Below the pieces are notes generated by a model. It worked only from the letters and a program-made list of their open reading frames with translations. It did no database searches and had not been told where the DNA came from. Shown here in pieces: positions 10,522-21,000 of a DNA stretch of 64,000 nt. Both the position numbers and the translations under genes were made by a program. The stretch's first letter is position 1. The number at the start of each line of letters is the position of its first letter. The stretch is from Candidatus Enterousia sp. (GTDB taxonomy: Bacteria > Pseudomonadota > Alphaproteobacteria > Rs-D84). The DNA lies in the NCBI GenBank assembly GCA_045587125.1, contig JAZNBN010000016.1:32728-96727 (forward strand), in the 5' to 3' direction.

Positions 10522-11055
10522 ATGGAAGAAAAAATGCAGTGGTTTGTTGTGAATGTTCATACGGCATGTGAAGACAAGGTTGCACGTGGTTTGCGTGAAC
10601 AGATTGATAAACGTCGTTTGAATGCGTTGTTTGGTGAAATCTTGGTCCCAACACGTGAAGTTACAGAAATCAAGGGTGGTAAACGCGTAAAAAGCGAAAA
10701 AAAGTTTTTCCCAGGTTACATTGTTGTTCAAATGGTAATGAATAATGAAACGTTTACATTGGTGCGCCAGATACCCCAGGTTGTTATGTTCTTGGGTGCA
10801 CGTAACAAGCCAATCGCGGTAAGTGAAGAAGAAGCTCGTCGTCTGTTAAAGCAGGTTGAAGAAGGTTCTATGTTGCCTGATGATGTAGAATACGAAGTTG
10901 GTCAAGAAGTACATGTATCCGATGGTCCGTTTGCCGGCTTTAACGGTGTTGTATCAGAAGTTGACAATGTAAAACAAAAAATGACTGTTAAAATCTTGGT
11001 CTTTGGTCGTGAAACGTCAATAGATTTGGAATTTGAGCAGGTTGAACGGGTATAA
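10522..11055 (+). CDS. nusG: Transcription termination/antitermination factor NusG
   Basis: Start at ATG 10522 (AAAGGAAG SD). WFVVNVHTACEDKV NGN domain and C-terminal KOW (VHVSDGPFAGFNGVVSEVD). Confidence 0.9.
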   Translation: MEEKMQWFVVNVHTACEDKVARGLREQIDKRRLNALFGEILVPTREVTEIKGGKRVKSEKKFFPGYIVVQMVMNNETFTLVRQIPQVVMFLGARNKPIAVSEEEARRLLKQVEEGSMLPDDVEYEVGQEVHVSDGPFAGFNGVVSEVDNVKQKMTVKILVFGRETSIDLEFEQVERV

Positions 11056-11056
11056 G

Positions 11057-11221
11057 ATGCAAAAATTTCTGTCGTTTGATGATAGTTCTGTAAAAGAAAA
11101 AGTGGAAATACCGACAGGATATAGCGCGTATTTGGAAAAGTGCTGGGATGAGGCAGAAAGAAACCAAAAGCGCGCATGGCAAGAATTAGGAAATAAATTA
11201 ATTGTGTTTTATACGAGGTAA
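11057..11221 (+). CDS. Possible small ORF (54 aa) in the nusG-rplK spacer
   Basis: ATG lies 1 nt after the nusG stop. MQKFLSFDDSSVKEKVEIPTGYSAYLEKCWDEAERNQKRAWQELGNKLIVFYTR. Weak SD and no homology recognised. Confidence 0.2.
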   Translation: MQKFLSFDDSSVKEKVEIPTGYSAYLEKCWDEAERNQKRAWQELGNKLIVFYTR

Positions 11222-11230
11222 AAAAATAAA

Positions 11231-11377
11231 ATGCAATTAACAAGAACAGAAGATGGTAAATTAAAGGTTGTGTGTTCTAAGGTGTTTGTGTCCAAATTGG
11301 TCAGACGATATGAAATTGTTCAAAAATATAAACCGATTGTGCACAAGGCTTTGTTGCAACAGGTAAGAGAAAGATAA
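11231..11377 (+). CDS. Possible small ORF (48 aa) in the nusG-rplK spacer
   Basis: MQLTRTEDGKLKVVCSKVFVSKLVRRYEIVQKYKPIVHKALLQQVRER. GAGG about 14 nt upstream. Speculative. Confidence 0.2.
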   Translation: MQLTRTEDGKLKVVCSKVFVSKLVRRYEIVQKYKPIVHKALLQQVRER

Positions 11378-11482
11378 AGTTTTTTGTGGTTTTCTGAAAA
11401 AAATGCAGTAAAATCACAGCAACCCGTGGTAGATACGCCATATCGTACCACGAACACAAACGAAAAAAAACGGAGTGAAAAA

Positions 11483-11914
11483 ATGGCAAAAAAAGAAGTT
11501 AAGGGATTGGTCAAATTGGTCGTCCCTGCAAAACAGGCAAATCCTGCGCCACCAATTGGTCCTGCGTTGGGTGCTGCTGGTGTAAATATCGCAGAATTCT
11601 GCAAACAGTTTAATGACAAAACAGCAGATAAAGAACCTGGAATGCCAATTCCATGTATTATCACTGTTTATACAGATCGCAGTTTTGAATTTATTATGAA
11701 ATTGCCACCTGTGTCATATTATATTAAAAAAGCATTAAAAGCAAAAATTGGTTCTCATAAACCAGGTCGTGATTTCATTGGTACTTTGTCCAAGGCACAA
11801 ATCAAAGAAATTGCAGAAGCAAAAATGCCAGACTTGAATTGCTCTACTGTTGAATCTGCAATGAATATTGTTGCGGGTCAATGCCGTTCAATGGGCGTAA
11901 AGGTGGGGGAATAA
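11483..11914 (+). CDS. rplK: 50S ribosomal protein L11
   Basis: Start at ATG 11483: [44 protein letters not shown]. Confidence 0.95.
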   Translation: MAKKEVKGLVKLVVPAKQANPAPPIGPALGAAGVNIAEFCKQFNDKTADKEPGMPIPCIITVYTDRSFEFIMKLPPVSYYIKKALKAKIGSHKPGRDFIGTLSKAQIKEIAEAKMPDLNCSTVESAMNIVAGQCRSMGVKVGE

Positions 11915-11918
11915 TATC

Positions 11919-12593
11919 ATGAAACTGACAAAAAAACAGCAAACTTGGAAAAATTTAGACATGGACAAGGTTTATACTTTGTCTGATGCGATTGACGCAT
12001 TGCGTGAATACACATCCAAGAAATTTGATGAAACATTAGAAATCGCTATCCGTTTGGGTATTGATGTAACCAAAGCAGATCAAAACATTCGTGGTATGTT
12101 GTCTTTGCCAAACGGTACAGGCAAATCAGTTCGCGTTGCCGTATTCACAGCAAATGCACAAGAAGAAGCAAAAAAAGCAGGTGCAGATGTTGTAGGTGGC
12201 GAAGAATTGATTGATGCAGTTGCTGCTGGTAATATCAACTTTGACCGTGTAATTGCAACACCGGACATGATGCCAAAAATGTCCAAAGTTGCACGTGTTT
12301 TGGGTCCAAAAGGCTTGATGCCAAATCCAAAACTGGGCACAGTTACAAACAATGTTGCTGAAGCGGTTGCAACAGCCAAAGCAGGTCAAATTGAATACCG
12401 TGCGGAAAAGAAGGGTATTATCCACGCAGGTATTGGTAAAATGTCATTTGAAACTGCTAAATTGGTTGAAAATGCGAATGCATTGATTGAACAGTTGAAA
12501 AAGGTAAAACCTGCATCAGCCAAGGGTCAATATATCTTGGGTATATCCGTTGCGACAACCCAGGGTCCAGGCTTGAAAGTAGATGCAAAATAA
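11919..12593 (+). CDS. rplA: 50S ribosomal protein L1
   Basis: 224 aa. FDETLEIAIRLGID...LPNGTGKSVRVAVF...GPKGLMPNPKLGTVT. Confidence 0.95.
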   Translation: MKLTKKQQTWKNLDMDKVYTLSDAIDALREYTSKKFDETLEIAIRLGIDVTKADQNIRGMLSLPNGTGKSVRVAVFTANAQEEAKKAGADVVGGEELIDAVAAGNINFDRVIATPDMMPKMSKVARVLGPKGLMPNPKLGTVTNNVAEAVATAKAGQIEYRAEKKGIIHAGIGKMSFETAKLVENANALIEQLKKVKPASAKGQYILGISVATTQGPGLKVDAK

Positions 12594-12786
12594 ATAAACG
12601 CACAATCGTGGATAACCGCGGTTGTGCACAAAGATTTCTGTCCAAGACTGATGGTGTCTTAAAAAAATAAAGACTTAATTGCCATCATAGACAAAGAAAA
12701 ATTCTTTGGGGCAGGAACCAAAGCCCCACCCAAGGGCAACCTTGGATGGAAAGTTAAACAAAACAGAAGCTTGAAGGAAAAAATAG
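12594..12786 (+). promoter_or_regulatory. rplJ leader (candidate L10/L12 autoregulatory leader)
   Basis: 193-nt spacer with hairpins GCACAA..TTGTGC, TGGGGC..GCCCCA and CCAAGG-GCAA-CCTTGG (GNRA loop), at the position of the known L10 leader. Confidence 0.45.
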
Positions 12787-13266
12787 ATGAGACGCGAAGA
12801 AAAATCAGATTTGATTTCAGCGTTGCAGTCGTCCCTGAAAGATGCAAACGGTGTTTTCGTTATTGAAAACCATGGTTTGACTGTAAAAGAATTTGAAACA
12901 TTGCGTAACGAATTACGTCCATTGGTTTCTTTGTTCAAAGTGGTCAAAAACCGTTTGATGAAGTTGGCGTTAAAAGACACTGACTTTGAACCTGTATCTG
13001 AAATGATGAAACGTCCAACCGCAGTTGCAATTGCAACAGATGGTTTGGCTGTTACCAAAGTTTTGGCCAAATTTGCAGAAGAACATCCAAATTTGACAAT
13101 CTTGGGCGGTAAAATGGATGCAGACGTTCTGGATGCGAACGGCGTATTGCAATTATCCAAGCTTCCTTCCCTGTTGGAAATCCGTGGCACAATCGCACGT
13201 ATCTTGGTCGAACCAGCGTCACGCTTGGCACGTGTTTCAGCAGAGTATGGAAAAAAAGAACAATAA
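12787..13266 (+). CDS. rplJ: 50S ribosomal protein L10
   Basis: 159 aa, GAAGGA SD. EEKSDLISALQSSLKDANGVFVIENHGLTVKEFETLRNELR. Confidence 0.92.
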   Translation: MRREEKSDLISALQSSLKDANGVFVIENHGLTVKEFETLRNELRPLVSLFKVVKNRLMKLALKDTDFEPVSEMMKRPTAVAIATDGLAVTKVLAKFAEEHPNLTILGGKMDADVLDANGVLQLSKLPSLLEIRGTIARILVEPASRLARVSAEYGKKEQ

Positions 13267-13314
13267 AATCAGAATAGCAATATTCTGACCTACCTAACAA
13301 ATAGGAGTAAAAAA

Positions 13315-13680
13315 ATGGCAGACATTCAAAAATTAGTTGAAGAATTGTCAAAATTGAGCGTTTTGGAAGCAGTTGAACTGTCCAAAGCATTAGAAGAAAC
13401 ATGGGGCGTTAGTGCTGCTGCTGCTGTTGCAGTTGCTGCTGGTCCTGTTGCTGCTGCTGCAGAAGAAAAAACAGAATTTGATGTTGTATTGGCAGAAGCT
13501 GGTGCAAACAAATTGGCTGTTATCAAAGCAGTTAAAGATATCACTGGTTTAGGTTTGGGCGAAGCAAAAGCTTTGGTTGAATCTGCACCAAAAGCAGTAA
13601 AAGAAGCTGTTGCAAAAGATGAAGCTGAAAAAATGAAAGCAACATTAGAAGCAGCAGGTGCTAAGGTTGAATTGAAATAA
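13315..13680 (+). CDS. rplL: 50S ribosomal protein L7/L12
   Basis: 121 aa. Ala-rich hinge and C-terminal [34 protein letters not shown]. Confidence 0.95.
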   Translation: MADIQKLVEELSKLSVLEAVELSKALEETWGVSAAAAVAVAAGPVAAAAEEKTEFDVVLAEAGANKLAVIKAVKDITGLGLGEAKALVESAPKAVKEAVAKDEAEKMKATLEAAGAKVELK

Positions 13681-13740
13681 TTTAACCTGTGGAACCTGAA
13701 TGGTTCTATGAAAAATACGTCATATACAAATATGACAAAT

Positions 13741-13785
13741 ACGCCGCCCGTGTGAGATAAAAATCTCATACGGGCACAAAGGCGT
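13741..13785 (+). terminator. rplL-rpoB intergenic hairpin (attenuator-like)
   Basis: Nested stems ACGCC/GGCGT and CCCGTGTGAGAT/ATCTCATACGGG. No strong T-run, so this may be a partial terminator or a processing site. Confidence 0.4.
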
Positions 13786-13866
13786 AAAAGAAAGAACAAG
13801 AGAAAGTCGTGACGTTATGCGTCACAACCGTTTGCACGAAACGCATAAAAAAAAGGATTAAAACCG

Positions 13867-16800
13867 ATGGCAGTTATCCAGAAACTTAGAAAATCTTTTG
13901 GTAAAAGTTTTTTGCAAACTCCGCTTCCTGATTTAGTTGAAATTCAATATAATTCCTACAAAGATTTCTTGCAGGCAGATGTTGAACCACAATCCCGTAA
14001 AAATATGGGGTTGCAAAATGTATTCTCTTCTATGTTCCCAATCAAAGACTATGCCGGCATTGCCGACTTGGAATTTGTGGAATATACGTTGGACAAACCT
14101 GTTTACAACGTAAAAGAATGCATGTTGCGTAATTTGACATATTCCAGCAAGTTAAGACTGAAGCTGAGATTGATTTTATGGGACATCGCCGAAGATGGCA
14201 AAAAAACTTTGCGCGATATCAAGGAACAAGAAATATTTATGGGCGAAGTGCCGTTGATGACAGAACGCGGCAGCTTTATCGCATCAGGTGTTGAACGTGT
14301 TATCGTTTCCCAGATGCATCGTGCCCAGGGCGTTGTGTTTGCAACAACCAAAGAAGCAAAAATCGCTGGAAATCCAATAACATACACTGCACGTATTATC
14401 CCAGAACATGGTTCATGGATTGATTTTGAAGAATCCAAAGGGGTAATTTATGTACGTATTGACCGTCGTCGCAAAGTACCTGCAGCTGTATTGTTGCGTT
14501 GTCTGCCTGCGGCTGAAGACGAAGCAAAATGGTTGGCAGAACCACGTAAACCAACAATTCGTGGTATGTCTGATGCAGAAATTTTGGGTACGTTCTATAA
14601 ACGTATTCCATTGTCTTTTGATGGCAAATTCTGGACAGGTGATGTCGCCAGTTTTGAAGGTTTGGATAAATATCGTCTGAATTATGATTTGATAAATCCA
14701 AAAGATAAAAAAGTTATTGCTTCCAAGGGTGACAGATTGAATGCCAAACGTTTCAAAAAATTGAACGAAACGTCCAAGAAATTTGGCATTATGCCAGAAT
14801 CTTTGATTGGTGAATATCTGTTTGATCCAATTATGTCTGGTGACGAAGTTGTCATGCCGGCAGGTACAGAAATTACCGAAGAAGTATTGAACGACTTGGA
14901 CAAAATGAATGTCAAAGAAATCAGTTTGATTTCTATTGATAACGCGACAATCACTTCTCATATGCGTAATACATTGTTGGCAGATAAAACAACAAATCGC
15001 GAAGAAGCATTGATTGAAATTTATAACATTATCCGTCCAGGTGAACGCCCAACATTAGAAGCGGCCATTAATCTGTTTATGCGTCAAGGTTTCGAACCTG
15101 CATATTATGATTTGTCTGCGGTTGGTCGTTTCAAGATGAATAAACGTTTGAAAATTGATTCTGGTAAAAAACCAGAAGATGAACGTTTGTTGACTAAATC
15201 TGACTTCTTGGCGGTATTAAAAACATTAACAAATATCATTGACCGCAAAGATTCTGTTGATGATATAGACAACTTGTCAAATCGTCGTGTTCGCACAGTT
15301 GGCGAATTGTTGGAACAGAATTTCCGTACAGGTATGGTTCGCATTGAACGCTTGGTACGTGAAAGTTTGTCCAGTCCAAATATTGCAAACATGCAACCCC
15401 AAGATGTTATTAATGTAAAACCATTGATGTCATTGGTATCTGAATTTTTGGGTACATCTCAGTTGTCTCAGTTTATGGACGCATATAATCCATTGTCTGA
15501 ACTGGAACACAAACGTCGTATTTCTGCATTGGGACCTGGTGGTTTGAACCGTGAACGTGCAGGTATTGACGTACGTGACGTTCACCCAACACATTATGGT
15601 CGTCTGTGCCCAATTCACACACCCGAAGGTGCAAATATTGGGTTGATTAACCACCTGTCTGCATACGCACGTGTAAATCCATATGGGTTTATTGAAACAC
15701 CATATTACGTTGTTGAAAACAGCCGTGTTACAGACAAAATGGTATATTTGACCGCTGATGAAGAACTGGGGCACAAAATTGCCCAGGGTAATACACCGAC
15801 AACTGCAACCGGTGCATTGGCTGAAGATATGGTAACGGCACGCGTAGATGGTGAATTTACCATGGTTCCAAAAGAAGATGTTGACTTAATCGACGTAGAA
15901 CCACGTCAGGTTGTATCTATCGCAACAGGTTTGATACCATTCGTTGAAAATGATGACGCGAACCGTGCATTGATGGGTTCAAACATGCAACGTCAGGGTG
16001 TTCCATTATTACGTGTTCAGGCCCCATTGGTCGGAACTGGTATTGAACGTGAGGTTGCACGTGATTCCCGCACAGGTAAGGTTGCAAAACACAGTGGTAT
16101 TGTTGAATCTGTTGATGCAAACCGTATCGTGGTAAAATGTATGAACAGTCGCAACGTTGTAACAGGTGTTGATATCTATAACTTGGAAAAATTTGAACGT
16201 TCTAACAGTGAAACAATCATTCACCAAAAACCATTGGTAAAAGTAGGTGATCGTATTTCTGCGGGCGATATCATCGCAGACGGTTCTTCTATGAATTATG
16301 GTGAATTGGCGTTGGGTCGCAATGTATTGGTTGCATTTATGCCATGGCGTGGATACAACTATGAAGACTCTATCGTTATATCTGAAAAGATTTCACGTGA
16401 TGACGTATTCACATCTGTAAAAATCGTTGAAAAGGAATTCAAGGTTCGTGATACTCAATTGGGCCCAGAATCTTTGACACGCGACATACCAAACGTTGGT
16501 GAAGAAGCGTTAAAGAATTTGGACGAATCTGGAATTATCTATGTTGGTGCACGTGTAAAACAGGGTGATATCTTGGTTGGTCGTGTAACACCAAAATCTG
16601 AAACATTGCTGACCCCAGAAGAAGCATTGTTACGTAATATCTTTGGTGAAAAGGCCTTGAACGTAAAAGATACATCTTTGCGCGTCGGACCAAACGAAGA
16701 AGGTACAGTTATCGGTGTAAACGTTCTGACACGTCATGGTGTTAAGAAAGACGAACGTACCCAGATGATTGAATTGCAGAAAATCGAAAAAATCAACAAA

Positions 16801-18003
16801 GACCGCGAAGAAGAAATCGCAATTATTGAAAAGGGCTTTGCAGATCAGGTATTCCAAATCGCAGAAAACTTGGTCATTGAATCTGGCACCGGCAGTTTGA
16901 AACCATTTGTTGGTAAAAAATTGACAGGTGAAGTATTCGAAGGTATCAAGTCCAGCGATGTTAAAAAATTGGTCGTTAAAAATAAAGAAGCCCAGGCCAA
17001 AATTGACGAACTGCGTGAACAGCATGTTGTGAAATTAAAGATGCTGAACGAAAAAGCAGATGCCGAAATAGCCAAGGCAACAGAAAGCAATTCTTTGAAT
17101 GCAGGTGTATTAAAAGAAGTAAAAGTATACATTGCACACAAAATGAAATTGCAGCCTGGTGATAAAATGGCAGGTCGTCACGGAAACAAAGGTATCGTAT
17201 CCAAGGTTGTACCCGTAGAAGATATGCCACATTTGGCAGACGGTACACCGGTTGATATCGTATTGAATCCGTTGGGTGTGCCATCACGTATGAACATTGG
17301 TCAGATTTTGGAAACTCACCTTGGTATGGCTGCACGCACATTGGGTCAACAGATTGGTGCTGTCTTAGACGAAGTCAAGGCAAAACGTGCTGTTACAGAT
17401 GATTTGCGTAATATCATGGGCAAAATCTATGGCAAAGACGTTTCTGAAAAACTGGAAAAGATGACAGATACAGACGTTCGTGCCCAGGCTGCATTGTTAC
17501 GTGAAGGTGTTCCAATGGCAACTCCGACATTTGATGGTGCGACATCAGAAGACATTCGTGATATGTTGAAATTGGCAGGTTTACCAGAAACAGGTCAATT
17601 TACATTGTATGACGGTATGACTGGTGAAAAGTTTGCACGTCCTGTAACTGTTGGTGTAATGTACATGTTGAAACTGCATCACTTTGTTGATGAAAAGATT
17701 CACGCACGTTCCACAGGCAGTTATTCCTTGGTAACCCAGCAACCATTGTCTGGTAAAGCCCACATGGGTGGCCAGCGTTTGGGTGAAATGGAAGTGTGGG
17801 CACTGGAAGCGCACGGTGCAGCCCACCTGTTGCGTGAAATGCTGACTGTAAAGTCTGACGATATTACCGGCCGAAACAAGATGTATGATGCAATTGTTTC
17901 TGGCAGCAATGATATCCAGACAGGTACACCAGAAGCCTTTAACGTATTAGTTCGTGAACTGCGTGGTTTAGGCTTGGCGATGACACCAAAAAAAATTGAT
18001 TAG
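13867..18003 (+). CDS. rpoB: DNA-directed RNA polymerase subunit beta
   Basis: 1378 aa with conserved blocks throughout (e.g. GDKMAGRHGNKGIVSKVVPVEDMP, NPLGVPSRMNIGQILE). Confidence 0.98.
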   Translation: MAVIQKLRKSFGKSFLQTPLPDLVEIQYNSYKDFLQADVEPQSRKNMGLQNVFSSMFPIKDYAGIADLEFVEYTLDKPVYNVKECMLRNLTYSSKLRLKLRLILWDIAEDGKKTLRDIKEQEIFMGEVPLMTERGSFIASGVERVIVSQMHRAQGVVFATTKEAKIAGNPITYTARIIPEHGSWIDFEESKGVIYVRIDRRRKVPAAVLLRCLPAAEDEAKWLAEPRKPTIRGMSDAEILGTFYKRIPLSFDGKFWTGDVASFEGLDKYRLNYDLINPKDKKVIASKGDRLNAKRFKKLNETSKKFGIMPESLIGEYLFDPIMSGDEVVMPAGTEITEEVLNDLDKMNVKEISLISIDNATITSHMRNTLLADKTTNREEALIEIYNIIRPGERPTLEAAINLFMRQGFEPAYYDLSAVGRFKMNKRLKIDSGKKPEDERLLTKSDFLAVLKTLTNIIDRKDSVDDIDNLSNRRVRTVGELLEQNFRTGMVRIERLVRESLSSPNIANMQPQDVINVKPLMSLVSEFLGTSQLSQFMDAYNPLSELEHKRRISALGPGGLNRERAGIDVRDVHPTHYGRLCPIHTPEGANIGLINHLSAYARVNPYGFIETPYYVVENSRVTDKMVYLTADEELGHKIAQGNTPTTATGALAEDMVTARVDGEFTMVPKEDVDLIDVEPRQVVSIATGLIPFVENDDANRALMGSNMQRQGVPLLRVQAPLVGTGIEREVARDSRTGKVAKHSGIVESVDANRIVVKCMNSRNVVTGVDIYNLEKFERSNSETIIHQKPLVKVGDRISAGDIIADGSSMNYGELALGRNVLVAFMPWRGYNYEDSIVISEKISRDDVFTSVKIVEKEFKVRDTQLGPESLTRDIPNVGEEALKNLDESGIIYVGARVKQGDILVGRVTPKSETLLTPEEALLRNIFGEKALNVKDTSLRVGPNEEGTVIGVNVLTRHGVKKDERTQMIELQKIEKINKDREEEIAIIEKGFADQVFQIAENLVIESGTGSLKPFVGKKLTGEVFEGIKSSDVKKLVVKNKEAQAKIDELREQHVVKLKMLNEKADAEIAKATESNSLNAGVLKEVKVYIAHKMKLQPGDKMAGRHGNKGIVSKVVPVEDMPHLADGTPVDIVLNPLGVPSRMNIGQILETHLGMAARTLGQQIGAVLDEVKAKRAVTDDLRNIMGKIYGKDVSEKLEKMTDTDVRAQAALLREGVPMATPTFDGATSEDIRDMLKLAGLPETGQFTLYDGMTGEKFARPVTVGVMYMLKLHHFVDEKIHARSTGSYSLVTQQPLSGKAHMGGQRLGEMEVWALEAHGAAHLLREMLTVKSDDITGRNKMYDAIVSGSNDIQTGTPEAFNVLVRELRGLGLAMTPKKID

Positions 18004-18062
18004 TGGTTAGAAATCCGAACCCCATGTGGGTTCGGGTACCTAGCAACTAATACTAACCACTA
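18001..18062 (+). promoter_or_regulatory. Nested inverted repeats in the rpoB-rpoC spacer (possible processing stem)
   Basis: Outer 10-bp stem TAGTGGTTAG (18001-18010) / CTAACCACTA (18053-18062). Inner 8-bp stem CCGAACCC / GGGTTCGG. Confidence 0.35.
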
Positions 18063-18096
18063 ACAACTCTTAAGCGACTGAAAGGAGCGAAATATA

Positions 18097-21000
18097 ATGA
18101 GCAATATGTTGCAAAAGATATTTGGACAAATTGAAACCAAGGAACAATTTGATGCCTTGCGCATTACAATTGCGTCCCCAGAAGAAATTTTGTCCTGGTC
18201 CCATGGCGAGGTTAAAAAACCAGAAACCATAAACTATCATTCTATGAAACCAGAATCCGAAGGTTTGTTCTGTCAACAAATATTTGGTCCGGTCAAAGAT
18301 TATGAATGTGCATGTGGCAAATACAAAAGAATTAAATTCCGTGGCGTTGTTTGCGAACGCTGTGGTGTTGAAGTTGGGTCTGCATCTGTTCGTCGTGAAC
18401 GTATGGGACACATCAAATTGGCAATGCCTGTTGCACATACTTGGTTCTTGCGTGAAGGTAAAATTGCGACATTGTTGAATAATCTGCCACAAAAGAAATT
18501 GGAACAGGTTATTTCATACGATGCACATATCGTTATTGAACCAGGTTTAACAAATTTAAAACAATATGATGTTATCAGCGAAGATGAATATCAGGCCGCT
18601 GTTGAAGAATTTGGTGCAGATGCATTCCACGTAGGTATCGGTGCCGAAGGTATTCGTTCAATTATCGCAAACTTAGATATGGGCGATGAACGTACACGTT
18701 TGCGTGCGGAATTAAGCGAAACAAAATCCGAAGCAAAACGCAAAGGTATCATTAAACAATTAAAATTAGTAGAAGCATTCTTGGATTCTAAAACAGAACC
18801 AGCATGGATGTTACCGGATATTATTCCTGTTATTCCACCAGATATGCGTCCATTGGTAACATTGGATGCGGGTCATGTTGCTGCGTCTGATTTGAACGAT
18901 TTATATCGTCGTGTAATTATCCGTAACAATCGTTTGAAACGTTTTATGGAAATGCATGCACCTGATATCATTATCCGTAATGAAAAACGTATGTTACAAG
19001 AAGCGGTTGATTCATTGTTTGATAACGGCCACAAGGCACGTCCAATGGTATCCCAGAACCGCCGTCCTTTGAAATCATTATCTGATTCATTGCGTGGTAA
19101 ATCTGGTCGTTTCCGTATGAATATGTTGGGTAAACGTGTTGACTATTCAGGTCGTTCAGTTATCGTATCTGGTCCAACATTGAAATTGCACCAGGTTGGA
19201 TTGCCAAAAACAATGGCATTGGAATTGTTCCGTCCATTTGTTTATGCACGTTTGATGGCCGGCGATTATGCGAACACATTAAAGACAGCGCGCAGAATGG
19301 TTGAAAACGGCGAAGATGTCGTATGGGAAATCTTGGAAAAGGTTATCCACGAACATCCTGTATTGTTGAACCGTGCACCATCTTTGCACAGATTGTCATT
19401 GTTGGCATTTGAACCTGTTTTGATTGAAGGCAAGGCAATTCGTTTGCATCCATTGGTTTGTGCGGGCTTTAACGCTGACTTTGACGGTGACCAGATGTCT
19501 GTTCACGTTCCAATTTCATTAGAAGCACAATTAGAAGCACGTACATTAATGTTGTCTTCAAATAACGTATTGTCACCTGCAAACGGTGAACCAATGATTG
19601 TTCCAACACAAGACATGGTTTTGGGTGTTTACTATATCTCTTTGATAAACGGTGAACATACTGAAAAATCACCACGTTTTGCGAACATGGACGAAGTTAA
19701 ATTGGCATTGGAAAACAAATCAATTACTTTGCATACACCAATCGTTGCCCGTATCAAAGGCAAGACATATAAAACAACTGCTGGTCGTATGATTTTGGGT
19801 GAATTGTTACCAGATTGTGACAATATGCCATTTGATTTGGTAAACAAAGTTATGCCACGTGGTGAAATCAAAGCATTGTTGGCAACGACATACGATCGTT
19901 GTGGCGACAAAGAAATGATTTTGTTGGCCGACGCATTGAAAAATACTGGCTTTGAACAGGCTGCACGCAGTGGTATTTCAATTGGTTATGACGATATCGT
20001 TATTCCAGAAGAAAAGAAAACATTGATTGCAGAATCTGAAAAAATCGCAGAAGAAATAGAAGAACAATACCAAAACGGTTTGTTGTCTGGTGGCGAACGT
20101 CATAATAAACTGATTGACTTGTGGTATAAAACTACGGATAAATTGGGTGATATGGCATATGCTGCGCTGGGCAAATCCGAAGGTGACAACTGGAATTCTG
20201 TACACATGATGGCGTTATCTGGTGCCCGTGGTTCTAAACGTCAGATTCAACAGTTGGCCGGTATGCGTGGTATGATGCAGAAACCAGACGGTTCTATTAT
20301 CGAAGTTCCAATTATTTCGAACTTTAAAGAAGGTTTGACCATGTCTGAATACTTTACATCCACCCACGGTGCACGTAAAGGTATGTCGGATACTGCGTTG
20401 AAGACTGCTGACGCTGGTTACTTGACACGTCGTTTGGTTGAATTATCACAAAATACAGTTATTACAGAACATGACTGTGGTACAACTGAATTCATCACAG
20501 CGAAACCTGTATACCAGGGCTCAAAGTTAGAAGTTGCATTGGGTGATGTTGTTTTGGGACGCACAGCGGCACATGACATTGTTCATCCATTGACCAAGGA
20601 AATGATTGTTCCAGCAGGCGAATTGATTACTAAGGCAGCGGCCAAGAAAATCAATGAATCTGGTTTGCCATCTGTTGATGTTCGCAGTGTTCTGACATGT
20701 TGCAGTGACGGTCTGTGTGCAAAATGTTATGGTATGGACTTGTCACGTAACGCATTGGTACACGTTGGCGAAGCAGTTGGTGTTGTTGCAGGTCAATCTA
20801 TTGGTGAACCTGGTACTCAGTTGACATTGCGTACTTTCCACATTGGTGGTGTTGCATCTGGTGGTGCAGAAAGTCACTTTATCGAAGTACCTGTTGCTGG
20901 TAAAATCAAATTGTCAGGTGTAAATACAATTAAAAACAGTGCAGGTCGTGTTGTTGTTCTGTCACGTAATGGAAAAATCAACGTTGTTGATGACGAAGGC

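Noticed and set aside
12675-13799. 171-aa and 157-aa ORFs antisense to rplJ and rplL
   Set aside because: They lie opposite universally conserved ribosomal protein genes. The Ala-rich hinge of L7/L12 creates an open antisense frame.
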